Shown here in pieces: positions 41,600-52,915 of a stretch of 64,000 nt of DNA. The DNA is from Harriotta raleighana. Taxonomy: Eukaryota. The number at the start of each line of letters is the position of its first letter. The first letter of the stretch is position 1. Made by a program: the position numbers and the translations under genes. The stretch spans positions 6,798,959-6,862,958 of the forward strand of contig JBNZDD010013714.1 in NCBI GenBank assembly GCA_050575255.1, written 5' to 3'. Under the pieces are notes generated by a model, which was given only the letters and a program-made list of their open reading frames with translations, did no database searches and had not been told where the DNA came from.

Positions 41600-42080
41600 G
41601 TAAAACCTTGGGCAAGTCTCCCCGCTCCGCTCCGCATCCGCTGGGAATAATCCCCCAAAAGAGAAACGGTGATAAATTGGTCATTTCAATTCACGGCAGA
41701 TTTTTTTTTTTTTTTGGGGGGGGGGTGGTGGGGGGGTTGGGGTCAGGGGCTGCATTTCCCCCACAAAATGTACACAGTCAATTCACTCTACAGTATATTC
41801 CGTGAAGCACTTTCAAAGGTCTGGAAGATACGAAAAGCGCTATATCAAATACAAGCATTATCATTATTATTATTATTCTATCTCCCCCCCCACCCCACAC
41901 ACCCCCACCCCCCACCCTCAAAGAGGAGGTAGAAATGTGTGCTAATCCCAATATGTTTTCACCCACAAATACAGAGTCAATTCACTTTACAGTATATTCC
42001 GTGAAGCACTTTGAGACGCCTAGAAGACATGAAAAGCGCTATATCAAATACAAGGAATATCATTATTATGATTATTATTA
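41600..42080 (+). mobile_element. Two tandem 5'-truncated SINE copies (41600-41878, 41955-42080) in PEDS1-like intron 1
   Basis: Both end gtgaagcacttt...aaagcgctatatcaaatacaag..(att)n. The first has poly-T/poly-G runs replacing part of the core. Confidence 0.85.
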
Positions 42081-42829
42081 TGAAAAAGGGTCCAAGCTAC
42101 AATGACCTACCATGTTAGGATTGACACAAATTTTGATCTCTTCAAGGGAAACAAAGTTAGCTGCCTTAGCAGAGTTCTCTCTCTCCCCCTCCTGCCTTGC
42201 CCTCCTATTATATCATGACATAAAACTACCTGAAAAATGCAAGGCATCGATTTTTAAAAAAATCAAGAGCCCACATCGTCATGTGTTTTTTTTGGGCAGG
42301 AAACCAAGATCTAGTTGCCTATGCCCTGCCTGTTTTAAAGGCAGGGAGTCAGGATTGGGTTTGGGTCCGACGAGAGCAAGTTACCCTTGAATTCCTAACC
42401 CAAGTAGCGTGAAAGAAAGACAGAACTTGTATTTCACATATAGTGCCTTAACCACAAATCAAGAGCTCAGTACTGGTTGGCAAATGTGCCAGCCACTTCG
42501 CATACAGCCAAGCCCCACAAAAGGCCATGAGGGGAATGACTGATTCATCTGGGAGGTTGTTGGCCAGGACACTGGGATAACTTCCCTTTCCCTTTTCAAA
42601 TAATGTCATGGAACCTTTTTAAGTTCAACAGACTTAAGTCATGATTTCAACTTCTTATCTCTGAGTACAATCCAGCATTCCCCTAGTGCGGTACTGGAGT
42701 GTCAGCCAAGCCTATGAGCTCAGTCCCAATATGGGGTTGGGGCCCCCAAACCTTCTGACTGAAGAGGTAAGAGTCTGCTGGCTGGATCAGTACGAACACA
42801 GCCATTGGATTGGTGCCTCTTTCTGAAGA

Positions 42830-43525
42830 TCATAGTGTAGCCTTACCCTCTATTTCAAGGCCGACCACAGCCTTGCCCCCTCCTACCTCTCTGACCTACT
42901 GAATTCCTAGTAACCTGTCCTCTCCCTTTGTTCAGCAGGCTCCCCATGTCTCCCCACTCGACCTGCCCTACCATTGGCAGCCGGGCCTTCACCCTTTCTG
43001 CCCCTACACTTTGGAACCTCATCCCACAATCCTTTCACCTTGCTCTCTCCCTTGCCTCCATCAAGGTTGGTCTCAAGACCCTCCTCTTCGACCGTGCCTT
43101 CAGTCGCCTTCCTACCTCTCTGCCCTTCATCGTCCCAGCCCTCACCCCCCCCCTCCCCCACCAGTCCAGCGTCTTGGGACATCCTCCCAATGAGAAAGGT
43201 GTTCTGCTACTAATAATAATCCTTGCATTTGATATAGCGCTTTCACGTCTTTTTGTAAGTGTCTCAAAGCGCTTCACGGAATATACTGTATAACAATTGC
43301 GACAGACAATTGCGCTCAGCAGTGTCCCACAAACAGTCGTGGATTGAACTGATCAATTTCTTTTGGAGGGATTATTAATAGGCCTGTTGAGTAAGGAAAC
43401 TTGTGTGCGAAAAAGATTTTGCCCTGACCTGCCTGGAATTGAACCCAGGTCTCTCGATTGTAAGGCGAGTGCTCTAACCACTGCGCTACAGAACTCCACA
43501 AAAGTAATTTTGTTATTGATGTTGT
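42830..43525 (+). mobile_element. 5'-truncated L2 fragment whose 3' terminus is interrupted by an antisense SINE (43210-43497)
   Basis: GSRAFTLSAPTLWNLIPQS...LKTLLF. The terminal motif gaaaggtgttc|...|cacaaaagtaattttgttattgatgttg is split by the SINE. Confidence 0.85.
43210..43497 (-). mobile_element. Full-length tRNA-derived SINE, short subfamily, nested in an L2 tail
   Basis: Antisense head ggagttctgTAGCGCAGTGGttagagcactcgccttacaatcgagagacctgGGTTCAATTCC; Deu-type core; (TTA)n tail. Confidence 0.9.
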
Positions 43526-45356
43526 AGCCTAGTCTTGTCCAGAAAGCACAATTGCAACAGACACAGGAGAAATGGGGATAGGGGGGGGTCACGATATATG
43601 AATCAAAAATAAAACACCTGGTGTGCTTTTCATATAAAATCATGTGGATAAAACAAACCACACACTATTTGTTTAAACTGGACAATTGGAACAGGATGTT
43701 ACAGAAACCTTGAAAAATAAGATTTTTAAATTTTAGTAAGGCATATGGAAGAAGCAGTGTAGAGTTGGAAAGAAACTAAACTGTCAGGAGATGAATGCAA
43801 ACGCATCAGATACACTGGCAGCTTGATCCTGTCCCCATTCACACACTTTCCAGCCAGAGCCTTTGGATAATGGTCAGGAGCATAATTGCAGGTTGTTCTT
43901 TCCTGACCCTTGTCTGGAGCATCGAGTTGTTTGTAACAAAGGCTGTGATAAGCAAACTCAGCACAAACAAGGCTTCAAAACCGTTGCTGTTCGGTGTGTG
44001 TGACTGAGTGCTGCACAGGGCGGTGTTTTCCCCAGTAGTCCATGGGGAAGCATTAATCGTTCGCTTTGTGTCTTTCAATCAGAAGTAGTAGTTATCTCTC
44101 CGATTGTAGTGCCCATCTGCCAACCCAATTAATAATCTGGTCCTTTTCTTCTTCTCCCTTCCACAATAAACTAAACAGAGTTCGTTTTAATTTGTTTATT
44201 TTTTAATAGAAATGACTTAAGAAGTTCGTACATTTCCTTATTTGGGAAACACTTGTCACAGCTTAGTGATTCACCTGGTGGGGTGGCAGCTGCAGTCAGC
44301 AGCTAGTGGAAGGAAAATGTGATCAGCGAGAGCGATAGTTCCAGTATTAATCCGTTAACTGTTTAGTTTAACCATTGCCATTACTCTGCACTTTTGATGC
44401 TGTGCAGAAATTTCCATTGTACTGTTGCCAGAAGCGTAGGTAGCTGTCCTTGGCTTGGAAATGTTGCTGTAAGCAAAGTTGCCTCCAAACATCATTCTGG
44501 CATTGTTTTTATAATATATAATAATATATAATAATAATTCTTGCATTTGATATAGCTCTTTATTACGTCTTTAAGATGTCTCAAAGCACTTTACAGAATA
44601 TACCGTAAAGCAGATTGACTATACTTTGTAGATGATTTTGCTTCACTCTAGTCACTGTATGAAAATTATCCATTCTTTTACTTTAGGCATTACATTGTGC
44701 TCGGTTCTAAAATGTCAGTTTTCATCACCAAACTGAGACAATTTATGCTGGTAGACTAGATGCTTATGTCTACTTTCTATTGGTTTTAAAAAGCAGCTGA
44801 CTGCCCATCACATTCCTTCTGTAACTGGAGTCATAGTCAAATGTGCCTGCAGTACGCTGGGTAAGCAAATCTGCCACTGTGTTATGTAAAGAAGAGCCTC
44901 ATTTGGTTAAAGGATGCTTTGTGATCCATATCACTAACAATTGGCATTCCAGATAAAGGTTGATTGGGACCAATGAGCTGTGAATATATTGTACATAGTT
45001 AATCATGGTTAGTGTGAGCATCAAACTTTCTGAGGCAAACATGATTGTTACTAGTCCAGAAATGAACTAGTTGTAATGGTTGAACAGCAGTTATTGACAA
45101 ATCCCAGTAGAATAATTGCAACCTCTATTAGTGCTCTGATAGGAATTATGTTCCTTCTCTCCTGCTGCATCAATTTAACATCACAACCAGCAGTAGAGTG
45201 ATTTCGAATGGAAAACTTGGTCCATACTTTGTTGCTCAGTCTGAAGCACTATGTACATGAGCAACTTACCACCAATTTGTTTTCTAGTGTTATTTTGTCT
45301 TCCTGGTTTTGTATTGAAACACTTCAAATGTTACTGTACTTGCAAACTGTTGTATA

Positions 45357-45872
45357 CAGGTAGACCCTATTTAACATCATCTCAGTTAATGTTTTTTCGT
45401 TATTACGTTGCTGATACATTGGGAACATTTATACATTTAACGTAGCGACGTTCGCTAAAACGTCGTTTGCTCGCAGGTGGAAAGGGGGCACAATGGCGCT
45501 AGGACCTGGGAGTGAGCCAGGCCGGCAGTGAGAGAGAGAACCAGCCGGCAGCGAGTGAGGCTGGCAGTGAGTGAGACCGGCAGCGAGCGAGTGAGATCGG
45601 CAGCGGGTGAGTAAGCTGGACAGGCAATCAGGAAGCGAGTGAGTGAGCCGGGCTGGCAGGAAGGGAGCGAGTGAGTGAGCTGGGCTGGCAGGCAGGAAGC
45701 GAGTACAGCATAATGATTTTTAAGAAAATTTTGACAAAAAATATCCAAAAGAACCTAACACCAGTTTTGTATTCATTCTTATGGGAAAAATGTACAGTAT
45801 TCGCTTAAAGTCGTTTCACTTAAAGTCACATTATGCAAGAACCAAACTACAAAGTTAAGTGGGACCTACCTG
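45357..45872. mobile_element. pogo/Tigger-like MITE family B with internal GC-rich degenerate tandem array
   Basis: TA TSDs; TIRs CAGGTAGACCCTATTTAAC / GTTAAGTGGGACCTACCTG; subterminal (C/T)TTAA(A/C)GT repeats; internal (gccggcagcgagtgag)-like units at about 45505-45705. Confidence 0.8.
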
Positions 45873-46692
45873 TAATATATCTCCCTCATTCTGTTGGGTG
45901 ATGCTGAACTGGATGGGGAAGCTTGCACCAGACAGCAGTGGTAATGAGCACTAGGGAACAGGATTTAGGTTAATGTGTGAATCACTCTTGCAGTTTATGA
46001 CATTATCCAACATCCCTCAAGTGTGATGCCACCTTCTAGTAGGAACCCGCTTGCTCTTCGTGTGAATGTTACCGATCAATGACTGTAATGGTGTTTGTCA
46101 GACTTTGTAACAATGGTCTCTGGTAGATACAGGATAGTTTGCTCAAAGACCCCAGTGTTTTATCAGACTCTTGGAGCCCCTGATGAGAGATGAAGAAAAT
46201 CAGCCAACTGAGGTAAACAAATCTGAGTGACAGGCACCTCTGGGATTTGAACCAGTGAACTTTTGCTTGGCTGTCACACCCGTAGATTATTATCTCATGA
46301 CCTGATCTTCAGAATGAACACGTGACACCCTCCTTCAGTTGTCTGAAAAAAAATTAGTGGAGCACTTTTGGAGCGTTAAAAGTTTGATTACTGTATACAG
46401 AAATAACAGATGCTGTACAGTGATAATTAGATACGACTCCGTGTATCACACTCTACCTGTTAAGATTCTCAGATTGCATGGAATATCCTGCTCCGGGTGC
46501 TGTCCTTTCATCTTCTGCTGGGATTTAGGCTGTGTTGCTTGTCGCGCAAAGAAAACCAGACACTCAATCGGAGGAGATGCCACTTACGTGTTGTGCTTTG
46601 CACAGCGCCACCTTTGAACGACTGAAAATACAGTGTGCAACATCATATGTTCTGAAACATGGACAATACTCTTTATCTAACTGTCTCATGCT

Positions 46693-46915
46693 TAACAACA
46701 ACATCAACAACTTGAATTTATATAGCGCCCGTCACATGGGGTGGTGTGCCAGAGTGCTTGACAGTGGTGGAGCACGATGCTGAGTCGGGGGAAGAGGAGA
46801 GGTGACCATAGGCACGATCAAAGAGGAAGGACTTCAGATGCGATCTGAAAATGTAGAGGAAGAGGGCAAAGCGGGAGAAACAGTGCTCCAGAGGCTCGCG
46901 GCATCGCGACTCAAA
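46693..46915 (-). mobile_element. Decayed L2 3' fragment
   Basis: (CAA)n tail plus tatatagcgcccgtcac motif and purine-rich ORF2-end remnant. Confidence 0.65.
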
Positions 46916-48496
46916 CCCTGTCTTAAAACCTGTTCACTAGGTGCTGTGCTGAACATCGGGTGACTTTGCTCCTGGCATTTTGAGCTTGATTATCAATTTG
47001 GTTTTGTTGCTAATGAAGGTGATAGCACCTGATGTTTCCATTGTAATCAGGGAATTAACCCACATCATTGCTGTGCAATGACAATTAATCATGAATTAAA
47101 AGCTGCTAAACAGTTCAGTTGGCAATGGTAAACTTCACAAACGTAAAATTTATCATTGCCAACGTTTGTGTAAGAAATGTTGGCAACCCCTTGTTTTTGC
47201 AATCGCTTTCTCAGTCATTGGTTCCCAGACATTGATCTTTGCTCAAACGCCCTTCGCGGATTTCAGGAGGCGCTATTACATTTTATTCTTCAAGTTGTCT
47301 TTCAAACAGTTGATAAATAGCGATGACCTACTGTGGCAACAGAATATATATTTATGGAACCTGCCGATGGTCCCTCTTGATGTTTTTTCTTTAACCTGAA
47401 AGGCAGAAGTTTGTTTGTTTTCTGCAGTGAAAAACTAGTGTGAGAGCCCAGTTCAATAATCAAAAAGTTCAGCAATATTAAGAACAGAGTGTACTGGAAG
47501 TGTGCAGCAGAAAGCCACTTCTCAGTTTAACAGGTTGTGTTGGCCAGGACCAGTTAGTGGCTATAGAACAGCAAGTATCGTGAAATCCACACCCTGCAAA
47601 TCTGATCTTGGAAGATTCCTGATCCAATCAGTCTAGTTTGTGTCTGACTTTGCCAGATCCCATTTAAACTTGTTTTTAAACTGTGCATATATGCCTCGGG
47701 ATTCCTGAGTCGCCTGTGTTTTTTTTAACCCAAGACCATTGGATTTTAGAATAAAAATCCTATGGAATGCAAAATGTGAATCGTACAATGTCAAATTGAA
47801 AGATTATTATTCGTTTAAAACTTGTCTTAAAAGCCTTGGAAAATTCCCAATTCATTTCAGTCTTAATTTGAAGGATAGTTTGGTGCCATTCTTTTCTGGA
47901 TTCTAAATTAATACTAAATTTAAGAATTTTCCCAAATTCTCAAAGGACTTAAATTTTAAATCTTGAGGTTAAAACATCTCCACCTTTGGAACTCACTTGT
48001 CGATTGTCACAGCAGCTGTACACAAGAAAGATTAGTATGGGAGTCATCCCATCCTAGTTCACTGTTTTTGTGCCTCTTTGTAGTTGATTTGAGAGCTCTA
48101 TTGGTTGTGGATCATAGAGTCCCCTTCCTCAGTGAGGGTATAGTGCATGCTAAGGGGAGCAGCAGACATACAACTCCTTGTAACTCACTAAAAGTAGAAA
48201 ATTGCTCTGTTATGTTTATAGTGGTCCAAGTAATTCTGCTACAAAACTATGCAGTGATCTCAATGTAGATTTTTTTTTATCAATAGGTTTATTTAGCTTA
48301 GTTCCCTGTGCTTTGCTGTGACTTTTTGATTCATCACTTTACTCCCACTCTTGCCATCATTAGTACGTTTCACTGTATTTTTAGATTGCTCAAAATACTC
48401 TCTGGCTGAACATGGAGAGTTACCCTGGGTGATTCTCCAAACTCAAATGGACTCATAGTATAATTTTCACACTTCACACTGTTTGCTGCAGTGAAG

Positions 48497-48695
48497 AATA
48501 ATAATAATAATCCTTGCATTTGATATAGCACTTTTCACTTTTTCTCGACTTCTCAAAGTGCTTCACAGAGTATACTGTAAAGTGAATTGACTATATTTGT
48601 GGGCAAAATGTGGCAACCAATTTCGCATAGCAGTGTCCCACAAACAGTCATGGATTGAAATGACCAATTTCTTATTTTTTTTGAGGGATTATTAT
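48497..48695 (-). mobile_element. 5'-truncated SINE (further 3' stubs: 2938-3075 -, 15298-15410 -, 15636-15745 -, 17455-17575 +, 44520-44630 -, 50250-50336 +, 58900-59040 +, 63645-63757 -)
   Basis: Shared tail (aat)n-ccttgcatttgatatagcgcttttcac...tctcaaagcgcttcacagaatatactgtaaagtgaattgac. Confidence 0.85.
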
Positions 48696-48950
48696 GAACA
48701 TTCAGGTTGAAACAAACCTGTGATGGGAATGTATATTAAGTTTGTCTGTCGCTCCACTACCCTGACACTAGTGACAAGTTTTATACCTTTTTGCAAGAAA
48801 ATATTTCTCATCATTGTTTGAAATGTACAAGGGATCCAGTTACCGACTTAGTCAGCAAAGAATTGAATGTTTCTTCTGTATTTCTATGTTTCTTTAAAGT
48901 AAATCCTCAAGAGTTCCAGTTTCTAAACAATATTGCGTTGTTTCTAAATC

Positions 48951-49452
48951 CAGTAAAAGCCCATTTATCCGTGATTTGATGAACCAGAAAACCGGCACCT
49001 CAGAAAAAAAAGTCCCGATTCAATAAACTGGAAATTATCTGGCAGAATAGCAATGACGCATTTAATGAATAGATTGTTGCAAGCGAGTACTGTCCAGGTA
49101 TATCGGTTGGCCACTAGTCGAGTGTAAAGTCACATTACTGCCGTTTTTTAAAAGTCGCGCTACTGCCGTTTTGTTTTCCTCCCATGGCGACCACTGCAGA
49201 AGTTAAACATAAATAAAGTACTAATACAATATTCTGTTATTATAATATCTGTTATTTAGTCTATTATTTATATGGTCCAGTGTACAACATTTACAATAAA
49301 ATACTCATACAATATTGTTATTATCTGTTATTATTTAGTCTATTATTAATATGGTATGTGTTAAAATATATATATTTTTTTTAGAAAAACCGGAAAGCCA
49401 TTTAATCGGCATTGGCCAGGTCCTGTGGGACCAGATAAATGGGCTTTTACTA
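48951..49452. mobile_element. pogo/Tigger-like MITE family A, ~500-bp copy just upstream of PEDS1-like exon 2
   Basis: TIRs cagtaaaagcccatttatcc / agataaatgggcttttacta; interior collinear with the 30871 copy. Confidence 0.85.
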
Positions 49453-49585
49453 TAGTTTGCTATTTTTCATTCAGTTCAAAGTAAACTGCCCATCTTATCA
49501 TCAAATTGAAATAAATGCAAGTGTAATGTAAAACTGTATGCTATAGTGCCTCAAAGTACAATAATTTTTCTCCCTTTATTCCCAG

Positions 49586-49705
49586 GTAAACGATTGCAGG
49601 AATGGATCTGCGTCATCCTGTGTATATGTCTAGTGATACTCAACACATTTTTCCTGATAGTGCATTTTTCCACGGATCACGTTTTCAAATTAATAATCGC
49701 CATCG
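49586..49705 (+). CDS. PEDS1: PEDS1/TMEM189-family coding exon 2 (G-KRLQEWICVILCICLVILNTFFLIVHFSTDHVFKLIIAI-), first transmembrane segment
   Basis: Pyrimidine tract + cccAG acceptor (49584-85), GTAAGT donor (49706), 120 nt, phase 1/1. Continues SPG|KRLQEW as in PEDS1, then a hydrophobic helix. Confidence 0.92.
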
Positions 49706-49939
49706 GTAAGTATTAAGCATGTAGGGTGACATTTCAGACAATTATTGTGCGAGAATCATTTCAATCAGGATGATGGGCAGACAGAACAGGAAACAGTGTG
49801 AATTTGGGCTGGATTAACAGTGACAGAACGAGTGTTCACACAGAGCAATCGGTAAAAGCCCTAACAATGTCTTTCCTTTCCTCACTCGGGCAAATGGGAG
49901 TCACTAATCATTCATTCCTCATGCAACAACTTTCTATCA

Positions 49940-50032
49940 CAAAAACAGAAATCGCTGGAAACACTCAATAGGTCAGACAGCAACTATGGAGAAAGGAAAG
50001 TGAGTCAACGTTTTGGGTCTTATCTTCAGTAG
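49940..50032 (-). mobile_element. Penelope-like element terminal fragment (similar stub at about 21215-21250)
   Basis: aaaacagaaatcgctggaaacactcaataggtcagacagca...gtcaacgttttgggtc resembles the common chondrichthyan Penelope terminal repeat as I recall it; not verified by search. Confidence 0.45.
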
Positions 50033-52295
50033 TTATCTTCAGCTAAACTCAGAACCAAGTCAAATACTGACTGAAGCGGTTTCATTGCAAAATATTTATC
50101 TTCTGCCAAGAGTGAGGTCAAAATTCAGTCAGTGACTTGGATAACAAAGACAGGAAGTTTTAAAGATGTTTGTACAGAGAAGCAAACTGAATTAATGGGG
50201 GAAGAGGAGGAAACTTGGCAATGTAAAAATGTTTCATGGGAGGGTGGTGTACAAAATATACAGTCAATTCATTTTGAGACTTCCAAAGACATGATAAAGC
50301 GCTGTATCAAAAGAAAGGAATATCATTGTTATTAATTGTATAGCTGCATTGTAATCAACAGGGAATACATTGTAATGCACAAATGATCTGTGATCAAATG
50401 ATTTTACACTTTGTAGTGTTTTTTTTAAACTTAAAAAGATTCAGACCTGGAACAAAATCATTCTAATCCAAATCATTTTACCAGCTGAATTGATTACTAT
50501 TCAAAAAGAAGCCTCGACCTAACAAAGGAAAGGCACACAGCAAACAGTCGGTATCCCTTCAAAATCACTCATTTGAGTGAAAATGTATGGGAGTTGAACA
50601 GTTTGCAGTAACTCTAAATTGAAGTTGACACAAGGAATTTAATAGATTATTTATTTTATGAAAACATGGAGTGCCATGGGCAAGCAAGCAATGCAAACTG
50701 CGTCGATTCATTTCTGGAAAGCAAAGGATGAAATAAGAGAAGGCCAGACAGAGGCTTTCTGTCTGTACAGAATGTAAATGGTGGGCGGAGCTCAAACTGT
50801 TGCACAAAGAAATGTATGAAAAACTAAAGTCACGTGACTAACTCCTGGCGGATTGGATTTCTCTATACACGGAGATTAAGTAAATGAAGAGATTGGAACT
50901 CGAAATAAGAAAAGGGAATCTGAGAATATATGAGCGCAGGTATTAAAGGGGCGGATGATAGATGATAGATTAAAAAAAGTAGAAATTAAATTGCTGTGCA
51001 CATGAGCAAGTAAACACCCCCCTCCCCAAAGAGAATGAGAGAGAAATGGTGTGAATGGAAGCAAAAATGGTGAGGTTCACTCTGGGAAAGCAAATAGAGA
51101 AAAAGCAGCTGAAATCCTGGGTAACAGAATGACGGGTGATGAGATTCAATCTGAATTCAGGAATGTAAAATCAGTTTTCCATTTGGCAAAGCATCACTGC
51201 CAAACTAGAAAAGTCTTAATCTCACCCAAACCCTACGTCTGCAATTTCCAGCTCCCGTCACTTCATAGCAATCAGGAGCAGAAACTCTGGTTATTTCATT
51301 ACAATCTAGGCCGGGAATATTCTAATAATCATAATCCTTGCATTTGATATAAAGCCTCACATCAGGAGCACATTTTAAAGTGCTTCACAGGATACACTTT
51401 AAAATGTATTCACTCTATATTTTAATTGTAAACACACCAGCTGATTTGCACACTGCAATATCCTATGTACAGCTATCAAGGGAATAACCAATTTTATTTG
51501 GGAGATTGTTGGCTAGGATACCAGAAGAAACTCCCTTCTCTTTTTGAATAGTACATTGCGATCTTTAACAGTCAATGCAAACAGGCATTCGGGATTTAGG
51601 TTTAATGTCTTAACTGGCAAAACCTACAATGTTGTGCACCTATATAAGTTCAAAATCCTAAATTAAAGCTTGAACCCACAACTTTCTGACTCGGAGGTGA
51701 GAATGTGTTAACAAAATGAGCCAGGCTGACTCAATATTGACATATTGATTTCCTCTGGTTGACATGGAAAATATCCTTTAAATTAAGCTTAATTTAGGAT
51801 TTCTTCAGAATTCAGTCATTTGTTCTTTTCCTCTAAGTTTGTTTTGCATGCATTAGCCTCTGAACATTTACGCTATCAGTTCCATAAATGATTTGAAAAG
51901 CTCGGATCTTAATTTTCCCTCAAATCTTTTTTCCCCATCTGTTTGACATTTTGAAGTCCACTTTTGTGTCAGGGCAAAATACTATTTCCAGATCGGTAAT
52001 GTGAATTGCTACTGGGCAAGTACAAAATTGCTTTTGTCTCCAGATCATTGTCATTCCCCTGCCTCTCTTAGCGCAAATGGGCCAAGCCAAGAAATGGGCC
52101 AGGGTGACGCTGTAATCGACAGTAAGGCAACGTTTTGCTACACATCAGCTCCAGCCAAGCTCCAGCATGTCCATTTCAATTTTATTAGAAATCAGAGAGC
52201 ACGGATCCCTGTTACACATCAGCACGGCAGTCCAGTAAAAGAGAAGGCATCTGATGTGTTTTTTAAAAATTTAACAGCCGAGGATGGTATCTTAC

Positions 52296-52915
52296 TACAA
52301 CATTACAAAATTACACTTGTATGGTGCTTTTGACGCCAGCAGGACATCCCAAAGCGCTGAACAGTCAGGTCGGGACCTGAGCAGTGGGGGAGGGTTGGGG
52401 GGAGGGGGAAGGAGAATGGTAGAGGGCGAAGAATTAGCGGGGAGCCGAAGGTGTGGTCGAAGAGGAAGGTCTTGAGACCGGCATTGAAGGAGAAAAGGGA
52501 GGAAGCAAGGCGAGGGGACTGCGGAATGAAGTTCCATAGTGTGGAGGCAGAGAGGCTGAAACCCCGGCCAACGATGTTAGGGCGGTTAGGGAGGTGCACG
52601 CGGAGCAGGCCTGAGTCTGCTGAACGGAGGGTGCGGGAAGGCTGATAGGGAGACAGCAGATCAGAGAGATAAGCGGGGGCAAGGCCATTCATGAAAGTGA
52701 GGACGAGCCTCTTGAATTCGATCCTCCAGGGGATGGGGAGCCAGTGGAGACTGATGAGGGTGGGAGTGATGTGATCACGAAGCCTGGTGCGAGAGAGTAC
52801 ACGAGTTGCAGAATTCTGCATGATCTGTAGCCTGTGAAGGGAGAAGTTGGAAGGCCGACGAGGAGAGAGTTCCCGTAGTCAAGCCTGGAAGTGATAAAGC
52901 CGTGAATGAGGGTTA
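52296..52915 (-). mobile_element. Relatively young 5'-truncated L2 (ORF2 C-terminal ~200 codons, mostly open)
   Basis: TLIHGFITSRLDYGNSLLVGLP / QNSATRVLSRTRLRDHITPTLISLHWLPIPWRIEFK...LWNFIP...LKTFLF; CpGs largely retained; L2 3' motif at 52296-52360. Confidence 0.93.

Noticed and set aside
43420-43497. tRNA-like sequence with A/B boxes and a TAC anticodon loop (also 39385-39450, 62690-62750)
   Set aside because: These are SINE heads continuous with SINE body and tail, without a proper acceptor stem; not tRNA genes.
50005-50032. Degenerate hammerhead core (ctgaaga...caaaac, minus strand) in the Penelope-like fragment
   Set aside because: The conserved GAAA is mutated and stems are not evident; at most a dead relic.
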